Assembly: GCA_020184695.1 (NCBI GenBank)
Contig: JAANOX010000242.1
Span: 200,824-264,823, forward strand
Direction of reading: 5' to 3'
DNA length: 64,000 nt
Source: Histomonas meleagridis 2922-C6/04-290x
Taxonomy: Eukaryota > Protista > Parabasalia
Positions 9,004-18,895 of the stretch are shown piece by piece; positions within the stretch are counted from its first letter, which is position 1; the number at the start of each line of letters is the position of its first letter. The notes beneath the pieces are model-generated. The model made no database searches. It saw only the letters and a program-made list of their open reading frames with translations, and was not told the origin of the DNA. The translations under genes were made by a program, and so were the position numbers.

Positions 9004-11096
9004 TTATAAATAGAAAAATAACAAACAATTTGAAATTGAGTTTACAAAATAATATAAATAATTTAAAAATGTTATTTCGAAACATAAAATTATTTTAATA
9101 AATCCAAAACAAAACATATATACAATTTTAACTATTATATTAACTTCTTTGTGTTCAGAGAATAATTTAACTATTTCTATATAACCTCTTGCAGATGTAA
9201 ACATAAGTGCTGTTCTAAATAATTTAAATATTTTCCATATATTATTTTGAGATATTGGATAATTAAAATAAAAATTATCTTTAGCATTAATATCAATTCC
9301 TTCTTGTTCAAGAAGTAATTTAACTATCTCTATATAACCATAATAAGATGATAATATAAGTGCTGTTCTAAATAATTTAAATATTTTCCATATATTATTT
9401 TGAGATATTGGATAATTAAAATAAAAATTATCTTTAGCATTAATATCAATTCCTTCTTGTTCAAGAAGTAATTTAACTATCTCTATATAACCATAATAAG
9501 ATGATAATATAAGTGCTGTTCTAAATAATTTAAATATTTTCCATATATTATTTTGAGATATTGGATAATTAAAATAAAAATTATCTTTAGCATTAATATC
9601 AATTCCTTCTTGTTCAAGAAGTAATTTAACTATTTCTGTATAACCTTTTGAAGATGCTAAAATAAGTGCTGTAAAAAATATTTAAAATAATTTCCAAACA
9701 TTATTATGAAATATAAAATTATTAAAATAAACATTAAATAATACAAATAAATACCTTTAGCATTAATATCAATTCCTTTTTGTTCAAGAAGTAATTTCAC
9801 TATTTTGTTATGACCATTTGCAGATGCTAAAATAAGTGCTGTAAAAAATAATTTAAATATTTTCCAAATATTATTTTGAGATATTAAATAATTAAAATAA
9901 AAATTATCTTTAGCATTAATATCAACTTTTTGTTCTAAAACATATATAACAAGTTCAAGATTTCCTGATTTGGAAGCAAGAACTAAAGTAACTTTGGGCA
10001 TATACAAATATAATTCATTTAGAAAGTGCTTTAAAAGAAATATATTTCCAATAATCACCGATTTTTTAATGATAGATTCATTAATTTTCATGCCATTTTC
10101 TTGTAAAAATGAAAATATTTCATAATTATGATGTAAAATACATTTCTCACCTAATTCTTCTAAATTATTAATTTTACCAATTTTATTTTCATAAAGATAA
10201 TGAAAAATATCATTTTGATGAAATTCAATTGCTACTTCATATGATCCATGAAATGAAGAATGATTTTGTTCACATAAATGGATGATTTCAAGATTTCCAC
10301 CTGCAACTGCATACTTACCTGTATTCCGAATATAAGAATTACTTAGTAATAAATATTTAAAACATTTAACTGAACCAAAAAATGCTGCAAACTCAATTAA
10401 TCTAACATTATTTTGGTTAATAAATGAATATCTTTCATAAAGTGATGGAAGAATGTATTGATTAAAATCGAAATCATTTAGTGATGATATTTCTTGAAGT
10501 TTTTCTATTTCATCATTTCGAATTATTTTTGCGATATCATTAGGATTAATTCCTTCTCTAATTAATTTTTTATGAAGTTCCCAATCATTCTTTGATAGTT
10601 TTTCAAAATTTTCCATAAAAGATTTTTGTATTTCATTTACATATCTCTTATTATGATATTTTTTGATTTCCTCTTCCGAATTGTAATGAGCAAAGAATAA
10701 GTTCCATGGAGTTTTTACATTCTTTGATGAGATAAATTTGTTTTTAATCATGTCATCAAGAAGATAATAAGATTCGTGAGTGTATTTACTAAGAAGAAAA
10801 CCTTCAAATACATCGAAAATTTTTGATTTACTTTTATTATTCTCCTCGAATGTTTCAATTTCTTTAATAAAATCCATATATATTTCGGTATCATTCATTA
10901 ATTTAATGGATAATTCATATATCATCTGACTAATAATTAGATTTAAAGAAAAAGAGAATTTTTCATCAAATTTATCGATTATTAAATATGCTGATTGCTT
11001 AATATTTTCGTTACATAAACCAAAAATTATTTGTTTCAGTGAAAGAAGTTTTTCAAATTCATTTTGGAATTTTTGATCTCTTCCAGTTAGTTCCAT
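9004..11096 (-). CDS. DUF3447/ankyrin-repeat protein, locus A; C-terminal ankyrin array interrupted by AT-rich spacers
   Basis: N-terminal part has LIEFAAFFGSVKCFKYLL / AVAGGNLEIIHLCEQ (DUF3447-type). Cores of the form TALIxxSxxGxxEIVKLLLEQxGIDINAK continue past the ORF stop at 9657 in another frame to ~9004. Confidence 0.8.
9205..9663 (-). repeat. Three near-identical 153-bp tandem units (ankyrin core + 66-nt spacer)
   Basis: AAGTGCTG anchor recurs at 9205, 9358, 9511 and 9664 (period 153); the next anchor is at 9834 (period 170). Confidence 0.95.
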
Positions 11097-12270
11097 ATGA
11101 TGTTGATATGTATTTTGACTGGAGGTTATTTTGAGTACTGAAAATTTGAATTTCGTTCATGGAAAGAAATTATAATATTTTACTTTTAGTATATTCATTT
11201 ATATTACATATGCTTATGTGACTACTAAATTAAACTTGAATAGATATTTTGGATTCCATCAAACATTCAACCAACCAATTTTTCACGCTCTTCAATAGGG
11301 GAACTTTATTTACAATAGAAAAATTTTTATTAATCTATTGAAATATGAAAATTATTTACACTTTCGTTCTACTATTCAAACAGAAAACCATTTACATTAT
11401 CAGATAACATTTTATTAAAAAATGTGAGAAAAAGCTCAATCAAAGAAAAAATAGATTTCTCTAAAGTGTAAATTTTCATGAAAAGGTGTTGGTCTTTAAA
11501 AACATAAATATGATTTAAAAGTATAAACTGGTTGTAAAAAAACATCAGTGCCTTTGAATAAAAATAAGTTACACATATGATATTTCAGTTAAAAAAAATA
11601 TTTTGGCAAACTCTGAAAAATAAATCAACTCAGATGCTTCTGATTTTTTACCAATCGGAGAAAACACAAAAGAAACTTGATTTAATCCGTGTGAGTATGC
11701 TTTAATTAGTTTCAGTTCAGCTGTTATAGTTGTTGAATCTACTTGTTTGCTCGATTGAATTGGGAAATTCACATGATTGTTAAATTTTGAATGCTGCCGA
11801 TTTTTACAACCACATTTTTTTGAATACATAACTTTTCGGGATTTGATCTTTGTGGTGTATCGATACATTTCAAATCAATGTATCGAAGTATAGATTCTTA
11901 TCGGTAGTAAAGTTTTCTAGATATGGCATCGCAGCTGTTGAAAAAATAATAGTAAAAAAAAATGTACATTTTAGAATAAGGATATTTTTATTAAACTGGA
12001 TGCAGATCTCCAACGATAGAATCAATTGGAATGTTTTAAACTCAGATATCGTTACCTCAAGAACTCACTCGGTTCTGAATGGTGATATCTGCTTGCTTTT
12101 TATATAAATAATACACCTTTATACTAAAGGTTATATTTTATTTTCCCCATGCATTAATGGGTATAATTTTAAATTTATATTAGTTATTTTTCCCCATATA
12201 TTAATGGGTTAAAAAATTCACCACATAATAAGTGGTCAAATAAAAATCATCATAAGATGATTGAGTAGAA

Positions 12271-12621
12271 TTAGAAATCTTCACCAAATATATCGTGTAA
12301 ATAATCGATATCATTTAGTGGATCAAAAAATGAATCTAATTCATAATTACAATCATTAGAAGGAGTGCCAATAAATATTTCTGACGGATTAAGTTCATAA
12401 GAATTATAATACTTAAATTCTTCTTTTGATGTATCATAAACTGGAACATTTTGCATAATGTCATTATCTAGCGGTTTAGGATTTATAGGTTGAGGTTGAG
12501 TTTGGTCAGTTTTGATTAACTTTCCTTTAGGATCAAGTTCATATCTCTCATTGTCATACATAATATACCGAGCACGAATGTGAAACTTAGGACGACCTGT
12601 TATAATACGCGAACGCTGCAT
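12271..12621 (-). CDS. Small hypothetical protein (trichomonad-type; basic N-terminal motif GRPKFHIRARYIMYDNERYELD, acidic tail)
   Basis: ATG at 12621 preceded by Inr-like TCACT; protein-like composition. Confidence 0.7.
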   Translation of the reverse strand: MQRSRIITGRPKFHIRARYIMYDNERYELDPKGKLIKTDQTQPQPINPKPLDNDIMQNVPVYDTSKEEFKYYNSYELNPSEIFIGTPSNDCNYELDSFFDPLNDIDYLHDIFGEDF

Positions 12622-13238
12622 AAATCTTAGTGAACTGAATTTAAGGTTTGCAAGAAAAAATTGATACAAACTCAAGAAAGTTCGCCAGCAGACGATCAGT
12701 TTAAACGTTGTTTGAATAGTTTAATCTCAGAAATTTTCTATGCTTAGCATTTTGAATTATTCACAATAAATAGCTCATCGGCTATCATCGAAAAAGTTGT
12801 CACATTGAAGATGTGTAAATGATTGAATAAATGAATTTTATTTAGTAAATGTTTGTGCTAGTGAAAGTAACGAAGAAGAAACATATTGTGTCAAAATACA
12901 AGGAACATATACATGAGTAATGAATATCCAAAAAAATTATGCTTCATATAATTCTTTCTGGTAAAAGATAAGTTACCTATGATTCTGAAATAACAAGACT
13001 AATACAATACATGATAAAATTTGATCATCATAACTCGACAAATTAAAACAAAAATGAAAGAAAAATTAAAATAAATTCTTGGTAAAACAAATTAACATCA
13101 TCTTAAATTTTGTTATAAAATATGTTCACTACTTAATTTTGTTAAAATGATTTGATCAAACAATATAAATATAAATTTCCATAAATTTTATATTTTTTCC
13201 ATAAAAATTTTAATTATTTTTAGAATTTAATGGATACT

Positions 13239-14039
13239 TTAATACATGAATCCGCCTCCTGTTTCTAACTCAGCTCTCCAATTTATCTTTGTCTTTGTCA
13301 CCGGCATCTTCCTTCTTAAACATGCAATTCCTTCTTCACCTATCTTAGTTAATGTTTCTTGCACAGATTTAATCCATTTTTCTTCAAATGATATAATTGC
13401 TTCGATTATTTGCGCTGACTTTTGTTGAACATTATCACCGTTAATAGAAACTGGACTAAGTGTGGCACTGTTTTGACAAACAGCATTACCGCCTTCGAAA
13501 AAGTGTTGTATGGATTCGATTTTGCCAGAAAGAGTTGAATTATCTTCGAAAACATATCGACTAATTACACTCCCTGTACGAAAGTTTTCAAGACTAATCG
13601 AAGAGCTACGAAGATATATAACTAAGCTGCCTTTGGAAGTGGTATAAACACCAACAGCGGCTTGTTCATGATATGTTTGTGATAAATAATCAGTAAGTTT
13701 GGTTTGCAACTCTTCGCGAAGTTCATTAGAGGGAACTTCGGGTTCACCTCCAATTTCTTCAGCACGACGATACGCAAAATTATAATTGAAAGTTTTATAT
13801 GTAATAGGATCTACAAATGATCCATCACTTTGGGCTGCTTCTTCACAAATGATAGCCGCATGTTGCGAAATTGGAACATAAGTGCATTGCTTCATATTCC
13901 ATTTTTTGATGGTAGCTGCACGACTTTCAAGGAGAGTGGGTTTACTTACAAGCACAGATAACACAGATGAACACTGTTCATATTCACCTGGTGGAGACTC
14001 TTCTAAAAAGCGAGAAACAACATCAGTTTCACTTTCCAT
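13239..14039 (-). CDS. CAPZA: F-actin capping protein subunit alpha
   Basis: FLEESPPGE, ISLENFRTG, QHFFEGGNAV and LRRKMPVTKTKINW motifs. ATG at 14039 chosen. Confidence 0.9.
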   Translation of the reverse strand: MESETDVVSRFLEESPPGEYEQCSSVLSVLVSKPTLLESRAATIKKWNMKQCTYVPISQHAAIICEEAAQSDGSFVDPITYKTFNYNFAYRRAEEIGGEPEVPSNELREELQTKLTDYLSQTYHEQAAVGVYTTSKGSLVIYLRSSSISLENFRTGSVISRYVFEDNSTLSGKIESIQHFFEGGNAVCQNSATLSPVSINGDNVQQKSAQIIEAIISFEEKWIKSVQETLTKIGEEGIACLRRKMPVTKTKINWRAELETGGGFMY

Positions 14040-14126
14040 TGATAAAAACCGTTTAGAAATAACGTACACCTCTTAACGTTCTCATTCAAACAGAAAATTA
14101 AAAAAAAAATGTATTTTTTGTGGCGT

Positions 14127-14684
14127 TTACAAGGCCAAGTTCATGACTGCTGTGACTAAATCACCATCAGCATCACGAAGAGCTTGAACAGCACGTGCAC
14201 GTGAAACATTAGATTGTTGCATGATTGTGTTGATATCTTCTTCTTTAAGACCTGTTGCATCAACTTCTCCTTCTTGTTCATCTTCAACAACTGTAGCAGC
14301 TGGTTCAGCTGGAGCAGCTTCTTGAGCAGCAGCAGAGCTTCTAAGTTGTTCAACAGCCTTTGCACCTGGGTCTTGCATTTGTGGTTCTCCGAAAACGATG
14401 TAAACATCATCTATGAAATAAACATCTGGTGATGCAAAAGTCCACATGATTTGTGCACCTTTCCTCATCATAACTGTGGAAACCTTTTCAAGTGGTTTAA
14501 GGTTGTGTTTGAGAAGAGCTTCCTTCATTTTCTTTTCTGCACGAGATACTTTGCGTGGAGCAGCAACTGGTTCTTCAGTCTTAGTTTCTTCGACTTTTTC
14601 TTCTTCCTTGACTTCTTCAACCTTGTCCTCAGCTTTGACTTCTTCAACCTTGGTTTCAACTGGAGCAGCTTCTTTTTCGGCCAT
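14127..14684 (-). CDS. NACA: Nascent polypeptide-associated complex subunit alpha
   Basis: SRAEKKM...LK...YIVFGEP NAC domain and C-terminal UBA (DINTIMQQSNVSRARAVQALRDADGDLVTAVMNL). Confidence 0.95.
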   Translation of the reverse strand: MAEKEAAPVETKVEEVKAEDKVEEVKEEEKVEETKTEEPVAAPRKVSRAEKKMKEALLKHNLKPLEKVSTVMMRKGAQIMWTFASPDVYFIDDVYIVFGEPQMQDPGAKAVEQLRSSAAAQEAAPAEPAATVVEDEQEGEVDATGLKEEDINTIMQQSNVSRARAVQALRDADGDLVTAVMNLAL

Positions 14685-14796
14685 TGGGTAAAAGGCTGAC
14701 CATTTGCCTCAAAATTACCCCTTTAAGGGTAATTTATCATCGAAATGTGATTTGAAAATAAAAACGAAAACGAAAACAACAGAGTTTCATTCAATG

Positions 14797-15162
14797 TTAT
14801 TTTGTTTGATGCGTAATCTGAACTCCATGTAATTCTTTTAACTGAGATCCCAAATCGCGAATTTCATTTGATAAAGCTTTGTTGGTTTCTTTTTTTTCTT
14901 GAATTATCTCCAATAAGTTCCTTCTTTTTTCATTTCTTTGTTTAACTTTAAGAGATATTTTTTCCTTAATTTTTGCTTTGCTTGAATTCCTTTCTTTTTC
15001 TAATTTTTCTGATTGAATTTGATTTTGTTGAGAGAGTAAATTAATTTCATTTTTAGTTTTGGAAATAGAATAAGACAAAATTAAATTTTCTGTTGCAATA
15101 GTTCGATTTTGCTCTCTGAGTTCTTTAAGCTGGTTTTTGATTTCTTTTAATTTTTCTTCCAT
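14797..15162 (-). CDS. Small coiled-coil hypothetical protein
   Basis: Heptad-rich ORF; first ATG at 15162. Confidence 0.7.
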   Translation of the reverse strand: MEEKLKEIKNQLKELREQNRTIATENLILSYSISKTKNEINLLSQQNQIQSEKLEKERNSSKAKIKEKISLKVKQRNEKRRNLLEIIQEKKETNKALSNEIRDLGSQLKELHGVQITHQTK

Positions 15163-15190
15163 TTTGGTCAAATAAACGGACTAAAATTTT

Positions 15191-15496
15191 ATGTCTGGAA
15201 TTTCTCCTGGATCTTCTCTCCTTGACAACACTGTTAAAGAATCACAATCACTCATGTACTCTTTAAGAAAAACCGATGATGCAATTGAAACAGCAAACTT
15301 AGTTACTGAAAGATTAAATAATCAGATGAGTCGCCTTCGAACTTCAAATAGCAGATTAGAGGATATAATATCAACAATTCCTGTCATTGGAAATTTGACA
15401 TCAAAAATCGAAGTGAGAAGAAGAAGAGATCGTTTGATTCTTGGTGGACTTATTGGATTTTTAATGTTCTTTTGTGTTTGGTACTTATTTGGATAA
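15191..15496 (+). CDS. Short Qb-SNARE, Gos1/GOSR1-like (SNARE motif + C-terminal TM only)
   Basis: IPVIGNLTSKIEVRRRRDRLILGGLIG matches the GOSR1 C-terminus pattern (FPxVNSLxxxIxxRKRRDSLILGGVIG). Confidence 0.75.
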   Translation: MSGISPGSSLLDNTVKESQSLMYSLRKTDDAIETANLVTERLNNQMSRLRTSNSRLEDIISTIPVIGNLTSKIEVRRRRDRLILGGLIGFLMFFCVWYLFG

Positions 15497-15692
15497 CGGG
15501 CGTAATTACATTAAGCATATTTTATGAAAAATTATTTCCTTTGATTAATCAAATAAATTAACAAATTCTAAAAAAAGGTTTATTTTATGATTTTTTTTAG
15601 TGGTATGTCATATAGCAAAATTAGATAATTAAAATTAAAATAACAGAAAAATTAATGTCGAATAAATTTTATATTTATTTAGAAATGTAAAC

Positions 15693-16151
15693 TCATTTAT
15701 TTCTATATTGTCCGGACTCAATAAGTTTCATACACTTATTTTGAACTTTTTTGATTTTTATGATCCATTCATCAATTTCATTTCGAGGTATATCTGCAAT
15801 CATTTCTTTGAAAACACGACTCAATTCTGTAGCCATTTGATAATAAATGTCACCTTCCTTATTGAATTTTTGTGCATTTTTCCATATTAAATTCATATCA
15901 TTTTTCCATTCCTCAAAACTTGCATACTCACTCTTTTTAAGTTTATCCATAACCAAGCTAAGGTCACATGGTTTTTGGATTATTTTTCCATATTCAGGAA
16001 TCTCATCCAAATTTACAGGATAAAGAAAAGGAAAAGCAATTGGCATATTGCTTATCTTTTCTGTTACATGAAGACAATGTTTGTGCTGAATAGCTGTCAT
16101 GAGGTTGTTTGTTGATGAAACTCCTGCTCTGGTTTGATGCAAAGGAATCAT
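15693..16151 (-). CDS. Bromodomain-containing protein
   Basis: AFPFLYPV...PEYGKIIQKPCDLSLV..KL....Y......DMNLIWKNAQKFN. Confidence 0.92.
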   Translation of the reverse strand: MIPLHQTRAGVSSTNNLMTAIQHKHCLHVTEKISNMPIAFPFLYPVNLDEIPEYGKIIQKPCDLSLVMDKLKKSEYASFEEWKNDMNLIWKNAQKFNKEGDIYYQMATELSRVFKEMIADIPRNEIDEWIIKIKKVQNKCMKLIESGQYRNK

Positions 16152-16380
16152 AAAAATTTGTTTTGACAGTCTGTCTGTTCATTTGAAGTAAACGGCTGTT
16201 TAAAGGGCACCCTATTTTTCTCAAAAAACGTTAAAGCACAAGTTGTACAACATAGAAAAACTTTTATTCTTGCTTGGCTTAAAGTGATGGTTTCATGCGT
16301 TCTGTTGGGATGTTTTGTTTGGCTTTGAATGATCGATTTATAAAACTTAAAGTATGTTTGTTAAACATTGTTTACTTAAA

Positions 16381-17481
16381 TTAATTCTGTTTTTGATTAG
16401 AATTGGTTTTAGACTGCCCAAAACCAATTCCCAATGAGCCTCCTGAAGAAAAGCTTCCATTGGAATTTCCTTGTCTTGATGAATTCGAATTATTTTGTCC
16501 GAACCCATTCCATTGATTACCAGTAGTAGTACTACCAAACGAGTAAGCCTTTTGCTCAGGTTTCTTGAATTTGTCGGCATTGGTTTCCCGCTTTTCAAGA
16601 TCTCTTTTCCTACCTTGCAAAAATTCATTGTACTCATTAACAATGCTTTCAGTAAGAGAAGCCTTTGACTCAGAGTCGTCTTGAAGCTCAAGACTTGTTG
16701 TTTGATCCGAATGCTCTTCTCTAAATTTTTTAACGGCGGTTTTAACGGTTGAAACTCTGCTGCTGCATCGCAAAATGACTTTGTGCTGCTCTTGGAGGAG
16801 GTTCGAAAGAGATTCATACGTGGGAGATGTATAATCATGGTTGAGGGCATTTTCAAATGTGTTGATAGTTTCATTGATTACTTTAGACCGTTTGGAAATC
16901 AAAGAGACATATCGATGAAGAAATGATGATGCTGATGAATGACTTTGCCGTAGTGCTGTACGTGTTTCGTGTTTAGAAGTTTCAAGATCATTTCGAAATT
17001 TTGAGATTTCTGAATTCCCGTTTCCTATCTCATGAGAAATAGATATCATAGAAGAAAGAAGTCGCTGCGCATCTTCAAGTGTAGACGATAACTTTTTATC
17101 AAAGGCTTCAGCTCCTTCAATGGGTGACATTTCTTTTTGAACTTCATTCGACATTTGAATAATATCATTAAGAATGCTGGCCGCATAAACATAATTGTCC
17201 TTCTTTTCTTTCGAGTCATCTTGCATTTTTTTGATTTCCTCTAACTTGGTATTTTCTGAAATTAACTGTTCTTGTTTATTCGTATTGAAATTAAAAGAAA
17301 ACGCTGAAGAACCTGTGGAATTTGTATCTTTTTTCGCAAATGCATTTGTAAAATTTGAATTTGAAAACAATGAAGTACCTGTTTGACCACCTGCAAGTGA
17401 TGAAGGTTGTGTATTCGATCCTCCCGCTGTGGAGTTTCCTGATTTATTATCAAATTGAGGGGTTACTGTGGGAAAGCTCAT
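16381..17481 (-). CDS. Probable FG-nucleoporin with central coiled coil (Nup58/Nup54-like architecture)
   Basis: S/T/N/G-rich low-complexity ends with sparse SLF/FSF/FG motifs flanking a helical coiled-coil core. Confidence 0.6.
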   Translation of the reverse strand: MSFPTVTPQFDNKSGNSTAGGSNTQPSSLAGGQTGTSLFSNSNFTNAFAKKDTNSTGSSAFSFNFNTNKQEQLISENTKLEEIKKMQDDSKEKKDNYVYAASILNDIIQMSNEVQKEMSPIEGAEAFDKKLSSTLEDAQRLLSSMISISHEIGNGNSEISKFRNDLETSKHETRTALRQSHSSASSFLHRYVSLISKRSKVINETINTFENALNHDYTSPTYESLSNLLQEQHKVILRCSSRVSTVKTAVKKFREEHSDQTTSLELQDDSESKASLTESIVNEYNEFLQGRKRDLEKRETNADKFKKPEQKAYSFGSTTTGNQWNGFGQNNSNSSRQGNSNGSFSSGGSLGIGFGQSKTNSNQKQN

Positions 17482-17607
17482 GAGCTGTTTGGTTGGGAGA
17501 AAAGTGACATAATCTTCAATTTTAACGTTCTCAATTATTTTTGAAGTTCTTCTTTAAACAAAAATGATTTTAAAAAGCATTTTTTATTATTAACATGTTT
17601 ATAAAAG

Positions 17608-18813
17608 CTATTTGTTAGATTCTTCTATATTTTTCAAAGGTGGTAAAGGAGAAGATCTTCTTCTTACACCTGCAAGGGATCTTTGTACCCTCTCTGCTTT
17701 ATAAATTTCACCAGAATGAGTAATTAAAAATCTCATCGCAGTGTTAACCTTTTCATCTCTTACAGCAGAATTTAATTCATTACTTTTTTTTATTTCATCA
17801 GCAGTATTCACTTTAACCCTTTCAAGTTCCGATTTAAGTTCTTTTAACTCAGAATCAAGTGAAAAAACTTTCATTTGTTCAATCTTAAATTCATCTTTTG
17901 CACTCTCAAGTTCACATTTCACTTTCTTTTCCTCATCCTCAAGATTCCTCAACTCATTTAAAATGACTTTCAAATCGTTTTCAGATTTTTCTTTTGTTGA
18001 TGTCAATTCATTGATTTGTTCACTTATGTTATTAATTACATTTTTTGCTTGTATACTAACACGAACAGCTTTTAATATTTTATTTTGTTCAACAATTTCA
18101 AGTGAAAGTTCTTTTGATCGTTTTTCATTTGATTCTATTTCAGATTGTAAATTTTCGATTTTAGAAACTTTTGATTTTGATTCGTCAAGAGAAATCCGAA
18201 GTTTCTTTGATTTAATTAATTTGTTACGTAATTTATTTGATAATTCCAAAATTTTATTTCGTTGGTCCTTAACGGTCGCTCGAGCTTCAGATGCTTTTTT
18301 AACATAATCATGTGAAACAAGGAGATAATGTTCAACAGACGATAGTAAATCTGATCTTTCTTGAGACCATTCTAATTTAAGTTTAGTAAATTCTACTTGT
18401 TCGTTTTTAAGTTCTGATGTATTATGGATTTCGTTCTCTTGTAATAAAAGATCTGTTTCTTGTTCAAAATGATTTTTAAGTTTTTTGTTTTCATAACTTA
18501 AAGAACTTAACTCTTCTCGAGCAGATTCTGATGCTCTTAAAGCACTTTCAAGCATAGATTGTGCTTTTTGAAGTTGAGACAATAATTGGCTTGGGTTATT
18601 ATCTTCTCCATTATTAAGAAGATTATATCCAGTATCAAATCCTTGGATAAAAACTGGATGACCCCATTTTGCCGGCTTATTTCTCATTTCAAGATTCTTT
18701 AACTTTTCTTCCAGTAATTTTTGTTCTTCTAAAGCATCTTCTAAAGCTTTTTGTGTTTGTTGTAATGGGGAAATACTTTCTGAATTTATTATTTCTTTAT
18801 TTTCTTTGTTCAT
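17608..18813 (-). CDS. Coiled-coil hypothetical protein
   Basis: 401-aa E/K/L-rich heptad ORF. Confidence 0.8.
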   Translation of the reverse strand: MNKENKEIINSESISPLQQTQKALEDALEEQKLLEEKLKNLEMRNKPAKWGHPVFIQGFDTGYNLLNNGEDNNPSQLLSQLQKAQSMLESALRASESAREELSSLSYENKKLKNHFEQETDLLLQENEIHNTSELKNEQVEFTKLKLEWSQERSDLLSSVEHYLLVSHDYVKKASEARATVKDQRNKILELSNKLRNKLIKSKKLRISLDESKSKVSKIENLQSEIESNEKRSKELSLEIVEQNKILKAVRVSIQAKNVINNISEQINELTSTKEKSENDLKVILNELRNLEDEEKKVKCELESAKDEFKIEQMKVFSLDSELKELKSELERVKVNTADEIKKSNELNSAVRDEKVNTAMRFLITHSGEIYKAERVQRSLAGVRRRSSPLPPLKNIEESNK

Positions 18814-18895
18814 TTTTTCATTTTATAAATAACGATGACAACGATACAACATAAACCATAGAAAAACTGCATCAAAAATTTGATGTTTTTACTCA

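Noticed and set aside
9205-9840. Regular repeat-spacer periodicity suggesting a CRISPR array
   Set aside because: Units encode ankyrin cores, spacers are homologous to each other rather than unique, the context is eukaryotic, and no cas genes are present.
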